Positions 1-10,649 of a stretch of 64,000 bases of DNA are shown piece after piece; within the stretch, counting starts at the first letter, position 1; every line of letters starts with the position of its first letter. The notes beneath the pieces are model-generated. The model did no database searches. It saw only the letters and a program-made list of their open reading frames with translations, and was not told the origin of the DNA. The position numbers were made by a program, and so were the translations under genes. Origin of the DNA: Orbicella franksi (taxonomy: Eukaryota); contig OZ116708.1 in the NCBI GenBank assembly GCA_964199315.1, positions 21,452,001 to 21,516,000 on the forward strand. The letters run 5' to 3'.

Positions 1-438
1 ATTCTTTTACATAAAGAATTAAAATTCTACATCATTAGACTTCAGTAGGCACAAAATCATGACATTTTTCGTTTCCGCGTTCTAGCTACCAGGCTCTACA
101 TGGTTTTATTGTTAAGTTCTGTCTGTTTTCCTGGTCAGCGGTTTGTTGTTGATGGAATGATATGCGCATCTTTGCACGTGGCGGGAAAGATAAAAATGGC
201 GTCCAATTCGCGGACTATTGATAATCAAAATCAAGTATATCAACGCAAAAAATGCTGTAATGCGCACAGAAAATAGTAAACTTATGTCTTGGAAATGGTG
301 GCATGTTAATTGGTGCATCCAACGCTACAAAGAGTATTTACTCGATCACAACTGATTTTGACGGAGACGGGAGTAGGTGTCCTCGGAGCATTGAATGTTA
401 TGTGCAGCTATGCAGGCAGTTGAACAAATGTTAGTTCT

Positions 439-1556
439 TTGGCACCCTCAGGGGATGAACTTGCTGTTTGTGCGGATGGTGTTCTTCATGTCTTTGTTCA
501 ATCACAAGGTGTCAAACTAACCAACAGACCGTTGACAGGGATTGCAGAGTTCCTTGGGAAGTTACAAGTCCTGGTAAAGGCTTTTAACATTCATTCCAGA
601 AAACGCACAGTTAGAGAACCACAGAAGTCGGTTAAAGAAGCAATTGCTATGGTGGATGAGGTGCTGGAGTACGTGAAGTATTGCTCTCGGAAGGCAAGAG
701 AGCTACAGTCCTTGGCAAAAGAAACCACTGATGTGCCAGAGGGTAATTTATCAAACAAGCGTTCGTAGTCATTGGAACTGGTGGCACGCTCGCTTCGCAA
801 GGTAGAGAACAACATCAAAGATCTGTCTTCATATCCAGGTTTCGAGGTGAACTTGAATTTAAAATCACTCCTGACGTTAAATGTTGAGAACCAACATGCA
901 GTCACTCATTTTATGAAGGAAACAGTTACTCTCGAGAATACGCACAGATTTTTGGTTCATCAGTTGAAGAAGGAGTAAAGAGAGTGACACCATGGTCTTC
1001 ACATTATTACACACATCCTAACTCATACTACCCTGTTGAACTTTCTGTTACTGGCCAGTTAGTCCTTGTTGAAATTCCCAAACCGGTCGGAGAAAGATTG
1101 TCCAGAAATGATGAAGCAGAGATGGGAGTGTGGGCAAAACGATACGGCAAGTGTGTAAGGCAGCGAAATGTACGAAAAGACAACACCATGGACAGAGCTG
1201 GGACACTGCCTCTGAATTTGTATGAAACACAGACACTGCTTAATCCATTAGATTTGCAGTTTGTACTTCCTCGTGCGCAAAGTTCAGTGCCGGGGAAAGT
1301 GCAGAACGTCCAGAAGGTGAGTCTGATGAACAGCCTGCTTCTCACATGCACTTATCAACGTGAGGACTACAGCAGCAGCGAAAGGGGAGACAGTGAGTCT
1401 GACGAGGATTGTGAAGATGATACAAGTGGTTTCAATATGGTTATGCCATCAAGGGCTGGAAGACAAAGACTGATCACTAGAAGAATGAGAGATTTTCCTC
1501 AGTCCAGCTGGAGGTATGTGTGTATCCAAACGAGGTCAGTCTGCGCTTTTGATTAA
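439..1556 (+). pseudogene. Degenerate intronless ORF of an uncharacterised, possibly transposase-derived family
   Basis: ORFs 439-768 and 772-978 are in the same frame, separated by a TAG at 766-768; 984-1556 follows after a frameshift. The combined ~370 codons read as protein-like (e.g. SLLTLNVENQHAVTHF, HYYTHPNSYYP, VRQRNVRKDNTMDRAGTLP). I cannot assign a family with certainty. Confidence 0.35.
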
Positions 1557-2215
1557 TTATACACATTAGGCTGCAAACAATCACTGGCAATGGGATTTTA
1601 GATTTGGTAACTAGGATTTGGATCAAATTTAAGCTGAGAACTGGCATTTGGCAAAAATTTGGGCTGGGAACTGGGATTTGGTACCCCCCTTCATGACCCT
1701 CCATATAAAATAGGATGGGGGTGCTTGTGGTACCTTTTAGAGGTTAACAAGGCTTGATATGATTTAAGTAAACTCTACCCCCCCCCCCCCTCCCCCTGCA
1801 CCTTATTTCCAATAGTGCATTTTAACGAAAAACATAAAGGAGGCCATTTGAATTCACAATTTATCCGTTATGTGAATAAATGACATACTTGAATTAAGTG
1901 TTAATTTGAGTGGCAGCGCATTCTGCAGTTAAACCGAAATGTGTAATAATATGAAATATCGTGGGAGATTACATGGTATACAACTCGCAGGCGTTGCGTG
2001 ACTAGTTGCGATCACGTAGGGTAACGCAATCATGATCCAGTCTATCGACATGTTTTGGGACGGATTTGTTCGACCATTTGTTCGAATGAACCTTTATGAA
2101 GCCTACAGAAGCAGACGGCAGGCAAAAATGGCTACGAACAGTGCTATATATAGACTCGATATAGTGTAACACTCAGCAAAAAGAACAATCGATTTTATGT
2201 GGCACATAAAGAGAC

Positions 2216-2221
2216 TTTATT
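2216..2221 (-). promoter_or_regulatory. Candidate polyadenylation signal of BRICHOS gene 1
   Basis: AATAAA on the minus strand ~515 nt after the stop. It is retained in the same homologous context in gene 2 (15063-15068) and in the inverted paralog (10644-10649, + strand). Confidence 0.45.
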
Positions 2222-2673
2222 AACTTTGTTTAATTCAGTATTTGCTTTTAAATTGTAATTATCTAATTAAGACACCTACAATTAACTTATCACAACTTTG
2301 CTAAAGCTATTAGTTGCTATTCCATATCGACAAGCTCACTTAAACATGTTTAGTCACGTTAAAACAAATTGAAAGAGTTGTCATTTAAAAAAACTGAAAT
2401 AAAATCTTACTTTAAGTTTCTCGACCAAACAATGAAAATAAATCTTTGTAGTGCGACTTACATGTAAAATGTATTGATCTGTTTGCTTGACTTCAAAGAT
2501 TTTATGAGCAAAACTGTAAACTGAACTCGATGATCATATAACGCCTAATTTCTACTAATTTTAATCCCTCAAGAACCACTTGTTCAAGTGAAGTGAAGTG
2601 AAAGACTTTATTTAATGAGGGTGACCCGTGACAGTAACTTAAAGAGAAAGACCGAAAAAAAAAGCTGGTTAAA

Positions 2674-2708
2674 GAAGAAAAGCCGGCAGGGCAAGCCGGC
2701 TTTTCTTC
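2674..2708 (-). other. Stem-loop in the proximal 3' UTR of BRICHOS gene 1
   Basis: Perfect 14-bp inverted repeat GAAGAAAAGCCGGC-agggcaa-GCCGGCTTTTCTTC, ~25 nt after the stop codon. Homologs lie at ~15464-15504 and ~28207-28247. Confidence 0.8.
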
Positions 2709-2732
2709 CCTCTGCCATTGTTTTTTTCTTTT

Positions 2733-5636
2733 TTACCCGCAAACTTTTAAGCATTGTATTACAGTAACTAACCAGCAGCGATACTTAGAATTGACAATCC
2801 TACAAATGCTCTTGAGAACAGGTTTACACTTCAGCGGGCAATCTGGTAAGAGACCTAGAACAACAATCAAAAGCTCAGTTAATTCGGAATGAGAGGGGAA
2901 AGGTAGTGAGTACATCACTGAATGAACTTGTATTTTTTTCTGTTGCATATTCTTTTCGTATTGTGCTCAAAATCTGCTGCAATCATTTCTGCTTTCTGCT
3001 CATTTAGTCAATTGATGCACAAAAACCGAAGACAAGTCTGACCCTTATGCGTATATGCGAGACCGATAACAATCGCCTTTTCCTAATCTATGAAAGAGAT
3101 AGATATCAAGTTCAGTGGGGATTTATGAGGCGTGCAATGTGAGGCGATGGTGAAAAACAGGGCGAACTCCAAAAGAAAATACAGATCAGATGTGAGGTCA
3201 GTGCGTTAAACGACAACGGCTACCATAGCTACTAATTTTTAAATTAATGTCAACCTAATGATGCACAGCATACTGATACCGGCTTTAAAAACTATGTAAT
3301 CTTAGCGTCGCTGATAATTTCCTTAACAGAGAAGGAAGATAGAGTTCAAAAACATGTACGCGTGTTTCACTTACCTCTTGCGGCTATTTTGCCCGTGGAT
3401 AAGCTTCTAGGTGCCCTATCTACCTTGACAACAAGATAAATGGGTAGCTCTGCACACAGATTCTTCATTTCGTCAATCAGATTGCCACGTGCATTGTCAT
3501 CAAGAGTCCCCACAGCCTCCAATTTCACTACAGGTGGACTTTTGTTCATCGTAAATCCCGCGTCGTTCTCCTAGTGGGATTAAATTAAAAAACTGACCCT
3601 CTGAACTACTGTACAGTCATGATAGTTATTACTGAAATTTCTAAAGACGACGCGGAACGTTTTGTGCAGAATCTCTAATCTGTAGGCATGACAAAGGAAA
3701 CAAGACTAGGTCTAGTTTAAATACACTATACGTATAAGGAAGCTGTTTTGCCAGTTCTATATTAAACCATGCTACTGTGTTAATACTATTGCACAACAGT
3801 GGATGTTTGCCTCATTGCCAAAGCTTCTGTTTAGAAATTGTTTCCAGTTCTCCCGCTAATATATTTTACCATGCGCGTTGCAGTAGATGTTTTTTTTGTT
3901 TGTTTGTTTGTTTGTTTTGTTCGATGATGTAAGCGGGATAAGCAATAACAAGTATTTCAGTTAATTTTCAATCATATTTCGAGTACCTTCAGTGTTAACA
4001 ATTCAGCACAACGAAACATGGGATACAAACTTACCAGAAGGCGCGCCAAGTCGGCCGGTTTAGGAACATTTTCAGTTGATGGACTCAGATAGCACGATTT
4101 GGCCTCTGGCATACGGATCATCATAAAATTCTGCAAAGTTCGAATGCATTAGTTATGTGCAAGTGCTGTCTGTATAAACGTAACGCTCCTATACTAAGAT
4201 AGCATGTCGCACACTCAGGTCATATGAATTTTGCCTTGAAGTTGAAGTAAAGTTATTTATCAAGGACCCATTTTGCACACCACTCAAAATGGCTTTAACT
4301 CCACATTTACTAGTCAACTGCTTCTTCCTTTACATGTAGTGTATACGAAGAGAACTCCTTGCTAAGCGAGGTGTTGTGCCTTGGATGTCGCTGAAAATAA
4401 TCTTTGGAAATAAGAACGAATGATAATAATAATAATCAATGAATCATATCTTTATACTAGCCCCGTACCCTCCCCTCTCCCTGAACAGGTCTTCCTACTT
4501 CTGATATTCGCCTCGACCCCGATAGCAAGTTATAAATTAGTGAATCGAACATGCAGTGCTCTAAAGTCACTAACCTTTTTAAAGTCAATGACCACGTCTG
4601 CCTCTTCTTTATCAGGCGAAATCTTTGGCACATGGAAAGTCTCTGTTTCCTTCTTTGTGTCAATTTCAACCTCTCCCTCTTCCTCTTTTCCATCTTCTGT
4701 CTTCAATTTTAATCTGTATTTCTTCACCGGATCACTAGCAGGTGAATCCTGCAAAGCCTGAAGAACGAAAAGGTATACCTGCATTTCAACTCATCTGATT
4801 ATACTGAGAGAGGATCAGGATAGCTTGGGTCCGAATTTGGTCGTCTTGAAAGTTCCATGAAAGTAAGCAATATTAGAAAGCAGGGAATTTCCTCTCAACT
4901 AATATTACACTGACACACATCGCTAAGCAAGTTTTAATCTGTAAGTCATGTGCTCTTGGATACGAACAAATACATCAAATGAAAACGCATGCGGCAGAGA
5001 AAGCAAATATCTGTTGTTATACTTCAACCGTTACCTTTTCCTCAGGTGAACCGCATTTACAGATTGACGAGGCAGACACAGCGACAATCGACAGAGCAAG
5101 GCACAAAATGAACAATTTGAAACCCTAAAGAGGAAAATTGGGTAAATGAACTTTTTTAAGTATCCTCTCTTATCAACTGAATTAGCGACTAAACGTTTTA
5201 CAGCGAGGATCCCGCGGCATGCAGCACAAGTGTGACCTCTTTTGGTCAATTCCCATTGTTTCGTGCAGATCATCCAATTAGAAGACAGGTTGCTTGAAGA
5301 AAAACAATTCAAAACCGCAAGTGATCGTGCGGGAAAGATTAAGTTCAAACTTTACAGTTTTAATTGTTAAATCGTACTCAAACCTAATTTGCAGCTCCAA
5401 AATGTGAAATGTTTACCACAAAATCAAATAAACAGGCATCTGCTTGACAGCCTATTTGCCCGGCAACAACTTAAAACTCAAGAAGTGATGAGAAATAATT
5501 TCTAGCGCCAGTATAAATGCATTCTTGCGTACTTTAACTCGAAAATACGACAAAATTTCTGGGTATATTTTGTTGTCTTGCTTTTGTGTATGGATCTAGC
5601 AGCAGACAAATGGCAAAATGAAAATAGACTTACCAT
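2733..5636 (-). CDS. Secreted BRICHOS-domain precursor with a C-terminal 6-Cys cationic beta-hairpin peptide (gene 1, 229 aa)
   Basis: Coding exons 5636-5634 (ATG), 5124-5035, 4757-4575, 4130-4035, 3570-3375 and 2854-2733. All introns are GT-AG with phases 0,0,0,0,1 and the frame is open throughout. Protein: MGFKLFILCLALSIVAVSA (signal-like) ... VVIDFKKNFMMIRMPEAKSCYL ... MKNLCAELPIYLV (BRICHOS Asp plus two Cys) ... RAPRSLSTGKIAAR-GLLPDCPLKCKPVLKSICRIVNSKYRCWLVTVIQCLKVCG*. Confidence 0.88.
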
Positions 5637-5720
5637 TTTTCTTTTGTGAAAAAGCGTCAAGTCTTCTTTCCTCTTGTAGCTGATGCAAAGTAGTATGGAT
5701 GCAGGTTCATATGAGCGAAC

Positions 5721-5814
5721 CCTTTTTATATCATCTGAAGGTTGTACAATGCCACCTCACTCCGGCTTAATCGGCTGATATCTGAAAATGTTACACCTAA
5801 ATTTGACCTGACCT
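5721..5814 (-). promoter_or_regulatory. Core promoter of BRICHOS gene 1 (TATA box and AGGTCAGGTCA motif)
   Basis: TATAAAAAGG at 5730-5721, ~90 nt upstream of the ATG, and AGGTCAGGTCA at 5814-5804. The same TATA is at 18443-18452 and 31186-31195, and in the inverted paralog at 9469-9477. Confidence 0.6.
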
Positions 5815-6079
5815 GGTTTCAGCACATTGGTGGCATAGTTGCTTCGCTATTTCTATGAAATTACAGGAAGTAGCGCTGAAACAGTGTGGCTATTTTCGAC
5901 CAAAGCTCGTATGCCAGGTGCCCTCGTTTCAGCACTTCCTTGAGACATGAATGGATAAAGCCTACCATGAATGCAAAAAGGCAAAAATAAAGATATCGTA
6001 TATCATAATAAGGATAAAGATAAATTGCCAGAGCCTTCAGCCGGTGAAACGTGTTGAAAGTCTCACTGAGAATTATCGC

Positions 6080-8760
6080 TGATTCAGTGTGAGAGGTCAT
6101 GTATGTTTGCGGTAAGCAAAAGATTTAGTTAAAATTACTAGGACTGACGGTTGCAAAGAGCTAAAAGGAGGACATATTAAAAAGAATGATACAGCAGTCT
6201 GAATATGAAAAATGCTCTGCTAGCAACTGTCCCAATGATCGTTCCTCCCTGTTTCCGTCATGATTTGAATACACTATTTAATATATGGGGAGTCACCGCA
6301 ATCTAGGCGGCGTACTGGTAGAATATCGGCCCGAGGTCTTGACAGTGCGGACCGAATGCATGGAGGTCGATACAAAAAAAAAAAAAGGAAAAAAAAACGG
6401 AAGGTCAATATTGTCCCAGTACGGTCCCGAGTATTATAGGTTAAGTAACAAGAGATTACAAGACTAAATATGTTTATATCAGTATATAAAAAAGTGCCAC
6501 TATCAGGGACTGTAAAAAAACGCGCAATTCTGATTGGGAGCCGACTAGGTGAAGGGAAAGAGAGTTGGAAGAAAAAGAAAAGGATTCTTTTTGTTTTTTT
6601 CAGGAACGTAAGCCATAAAACAAACAGCTTCAAGAGTGATCGCGTGGGCTTCAAGAGTGGTCACGCGGGATCATTCGGGACAGTGCCCGGTCCATTTACT
6701 GAGAGATCATTAGACCGGCGATAGAGCAATAGATTTTAGTTATTGGTCCTCTGAACTAACTTAGTCGTGTTACAAACTCATAAACAAATGACTGACAAGA
6801 ATTTGTGTTGTTGTTCCTTTGTTTTTTCCTGCTGATAGCGTGACATTTCAGATAAACAAGAAATCAGGTTAAAATACATAGGAAACAAAGAGGGAAATTC
6901 TAAACTTTTAAAACAGGTTTTCATTCAATTTTTAAGTCGCTAGATTTTTGGTATCTCTTGCTTATGATAAAGCTGACCTCTCACATTTTATGCATCAGAG
7001 ACACTTTACATATTTCATTCTTGAACGCTCCTTCTCAATATCATGATATAAGATATCTTTAGTTTTGCCCTTTTCGCGCTTCCTTTAGTTATGGTGCTAC
7101 TGCGCATCGCACAAACCTGAACTGAACACGTGTAGTCCAGTTCCTGAACCTCCACACTACCAGAGAACTTCCGGAGTAATAAAAATTGCAAAAAAAAAAA
7201 TCTTCTTCCCATAGGTCCTCTATTTTATGTCTCAAGTAAGGAGGGAACTGGGGAGAGCTAGCAGAGACGAGGTCTGATAGAGGAGAGCGAAACCGTTCCT
7301 GTAATTCTCTAGGAAATATCGAAGCAATTTTGCAAGTAATGCGCTGAAACAAGGTCAGGTCAAATTATAAGGAGTAACATTTCGTGATATCCGGTTAATA
7401 ATGTCTCTACTAGTGTACAGTGAACTTAGAGATTTAGGAACTTGACTATCAGCTCAAGTTTGTGCCATGCGCAGTAGTTCTACAACTGAAAAAAGTTCAA
7501 AAAGGGCAAAAAAAGACATCTCATATAATAACCAAAAAGAGGATATATTTAATACGGAAGCCATGAAGAGTCTGAAACGTGTCGTGGAAGTGTCTCCGAT
7601 GCAGTGTGAGAGGTCAGGTTTATTATAAGCAAAAGATACCAAAAACTAAGGTCAACTGACTTAAAAAATCACGATATAAAAGATTTCAAAGCTAACAAGC
7701 TTGTGGGGTCGTGTACTTCAAAACTACTAGAACTGCAGAAAGTGCTAATGCGAGGACATATTAAAAAGAATGGTACAGCAGTGAACATGAACAATACTCT
7801 GCTAGCATGGCGAAGTTCCTTCCTCTCCCCGGTTAAATTCACTATTTGATATATTTATTTACAAATGACTCAAGAGACATTTTCTTTCAACCCCTGACTG
7901 CGTGACATTTCAGATAGACAAAACGACAATGTGGCCAAATTAATGAGTGAACCCTTCGAGGCTGGAAGAAAAGATAAAAAGTTAAGACGAGTGAAATTCA
8001 AAACTTTTGAAGCAGTTTTTTATTCCGTGGGATGGCTCCGGCGTAAAAAGGACCAGGGAGCTCGTCGGAAATTTTGAAAAGAACCCCTAGGAGGTACCAA
8101 GATCCTGTTTTGCGAGCGTGGCTTGAAAAATTTTTTCACCCCTGAAGAGGTCACAGTTCCAAAACAACAAACTATTCGGCTAGTCACTGTTTTCGGCTCA
8201 ATGCCTTGAAAGGTACTGTCAGAGGCTCCCGCTGTGGAGCTTTTGAAAATACTGACCACTCTAAGAGGTGCCGAAACAGCTTTTTACGTGTTACAAAGCA
8301 CGACGAGTCCCACTGTTTTATTTTGTTTCAACTGTGTAGTCAACTGATCTGGGTTTTTGGTATCATTTAGCTTATAAGGAATAAACCTGACCTCACACAC
8401 TGCATCAGAGACCCTCCCATGACATGTTTCACTCTCGAAGGTCCCGGAAATTTATCCTCCTTCGCATTATAATGATATAGGAGATCTTTGTCTTTGCCCT
8501 TTTTGCACTTCCTTCAGTTATGGTTCTACTGCGCATCGCAAAAACCTGAGCTGAACACGTGTAGTCCAGTTCCTAAAGCGCCGCCACGGGGAAAAGAATG
8601 TCTAAGTCCAGGATTTTAACGGGAGCCGGAACTGGTTGTGTTATTCGCAGAACTACTATAACTGACGGAAGTGCTAATGCGAGGGCGTATTAAAAAAAAA
8701 AAAAAAAAAAAAAAATGGTACAGCAGTGAATATAAACAATACTCTGCCAGTAGAGTCGCC
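6080..8760. repeat. Nested diverged direct and inverted repeats between the head-to-head genes
   Basis: The block G(A/G)G..ACATATTAAAAA..TG.TACAGCAGT recurs at ~6165, ~7750 and ~8680. The motif GATGCAGTGTGAGAGGTCAGG (~7600) is inverted at ~8385-8410; related inverted copies lie at ~6085 and ~6970. Repeated in units 2 and 3. Confidence 0.65.
7341..7403 (+). promoter_or_regulatory. Orphan third copy of the upstream promoter module (no TATA or exon follows)
   Basis: GCGCTGAAACAAGGTCAGGTCAAATTATAAGGAGTAACATTTCGTGATATCCGGTTAATAATG closely matches 9379-9441 and the reverse complement of ~5775-5825. Confidence 0.5.
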
Positions 8761-9389
8761 GTGATCGTTCCGTGCTCTTTCCGGTCTTTCTATAGAAGAT
8801 CGAAGTGGTACCGGCTGTTGTTCAGACTAGTTGAAAAGTGTTCTGGGGGAGTCCAAGTGAAAAGTTAGGTTATACAACGGACATGGAAATGGATATGGAG
8901 ATGTGGCTAAGATCTACTGATCTCCGGAGACCAGTAATAAACATTGCCAAAATTTCACCTTTCTATTTTTGTTGCTGTTTTTGTAGCGTCACAATCAATC
9001 TGGCTGAATTAGTTAGGTCACCTCGTTCTTTCCCCCTTCTCTTGCCCCGGTTACCCAAATACCCCGGGGTCCGGGAAATCGTCTACTGTAAAGTAACCCT
9101 GCCGCAACAACTATCTCTTCTGAGACATGGAAATAAACCCAAAAAATGATGAATTCATTATTAACTGAGCAAGTGTTTGTCACTTTAAAAATCACATAAA
9201 TTTTCCCCTAAAACAATTCTTAATCCAGTACTGAAATTTTGGTTCTGACGCTTCCTGGTTTAGAATTTCTTTACAGTACGGTAGGCTTTGTGCATTTATG
9301 TAAGGAAGAAGTGCTGAAACGAGGACAGTATGCAGACAACCTTCGATCGACAAAAACGAAAGCAACTCTGCCAGCAATGCACTGAAACA

Positions 9390-10649
9390 AGGTCAGGTCA
9401 AATTATAAAGATTAACATTTCCTGATATCAGGTTAATAATGAAAAAACATTGTGCAACCTTCAGGTGATATAAAAAGGGTTCGCTCACATGAACCTGCAT
9501 TTATACTACTCATTTGCACAGCTACAAGAAGAAAGAAGACTTAACGCTTTTTCACGAGAGAAAAGTGGTAAGTTTAATTGTATTGGAAGATATTTTTATT
9601 TTTATGTGCTATTTGTGTGCTGGTAGATTCATAAACAATGTCGGTGTAAAAGTTCCAGGCGGCCTGTGTTTTGCTTTGGATAGAACAAAGTGTACTGATC
9701 GATCACATGCTTTGATTTTGAAGAGGAGAAAGGCCGGTTCCTATTTGTTTAAAATGTTTTTTCAAGATAGACGCACAAGTTTCCTCAATTTAAATTGTTA
9801 CCAAATGTACTTGCGTGACAGAAGTTTCCGAAACGTTTCTTTCGCGTTTCTAAGACTGACAATGTCCGTGAATGTATACTGATTTCACCTTTTAACATTT
9901 TGGATTTGCGAAATTAGTTTAGGCCAAAAACTGTAAATTTGGCTTGAAAGATTCAGTCACTATTAAGAGGGGTTGAATATAAGTAAGAATATCCACAAGA
10001 ATATTTTCAGCCTAAAATAGGAAAAAAAATAAGCCTTGGCCGGAAAAACAATATTCTTACAATAAAAAAGAGTGTAACTGGTTCAGGCTATAAAAAGGGC
10101 CCCGTCGGTGGTTCCCAATCGGCCATCAGCTCTCATCATGAACACAATTTTATAGCAAATTTTTAACTGAGCTTCTGTTTGTTGTTCTAGGTATCAAACG
10201 AGGCTGTTACAAGGTGTGCACAACTAGGATGAAAACCTGTTCTGCTGGCGCCATTCCGTAACAACGTGCTCAGAGAAATGCGAGAAATAAGCATCGTGTT
10301 TCCAACCAAGTGGTACTTGAGGGAATTAATAAGTACAAAGTGCTATATGATCGAGTCCAGTTTACAGTTTCCATTGATAATAACAGTTTGAAGTCAAGTA
10401 AAGTGATCAATATATTTCAAGTCGAGTTACAAAGCTTTATTTTATTATTATCATTTGTTGTTTTGTTTCAGCAAAGTAAGATTTTGTTACAATTTCAGTT
10501 ATTTTTAAATTACAACTCTTACAGTTTATTCCAACGTGACTAAGCATGTCAAAGTAAACTTGTCGATATTGGAATAGCAATAGCAAAGTTGTGATAAATT
10601 GTATGTGGCTTAATTACATGATTACAATTTTAAATGTAAATTTAATAAA
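9390..10649 (+). pseudogene. Internally deleted inverted paralog of the BRICHOS gene (unit 1)
   Basis: Retains AGGTCAGGTCA (9390), TATA (9469), exon 1 ending GTG|gtaagt (9565-9567; ATG lost), part of intron 1, the acceptor TAACTGAGCTT...GTTGTTCTAG, a frameshifted peptide exon (10191-10290) and a homologous 3' UTR with AATAAA (10644). The signal-peptide and BRICHOS exons are absent. Confidence 0.8.

Noticed and set aside
2674-2712. Rho-independent terminator (GC stem plus T tract)
   Set aside because: The DNA is eukaryotic with spliceosomal introns, so the hairpin is kept only as a possible 3' UTR structure.
4530-4784. Stand-alone ORFs MQVYLFVLQ... (and MQQKKIQ..., 2733-2948) as complete genes
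   Set aside because: Their starts are intronic. Only the internal parts bounded by AG/GT are coding exons of the BRICHOS gene.
2733-5636. Naming the gene ITM2B/BRI2, TNMD or BRICD5
   Set aside because: It has a short cleavable-type signal peptide with no cytosolic N-tail, and its C-terminal peptide is unrelated. Orthology cannot be supported from the sequence alone.
9514-10543. ORFs 9514-9882 and 10310-10543 as genes conserved in three copies
   Set aside because: Conservation reflects the recent segmental duplication. They run through intron and 3' UTR sequence of the relic, and the longer one is broken in unit 3.
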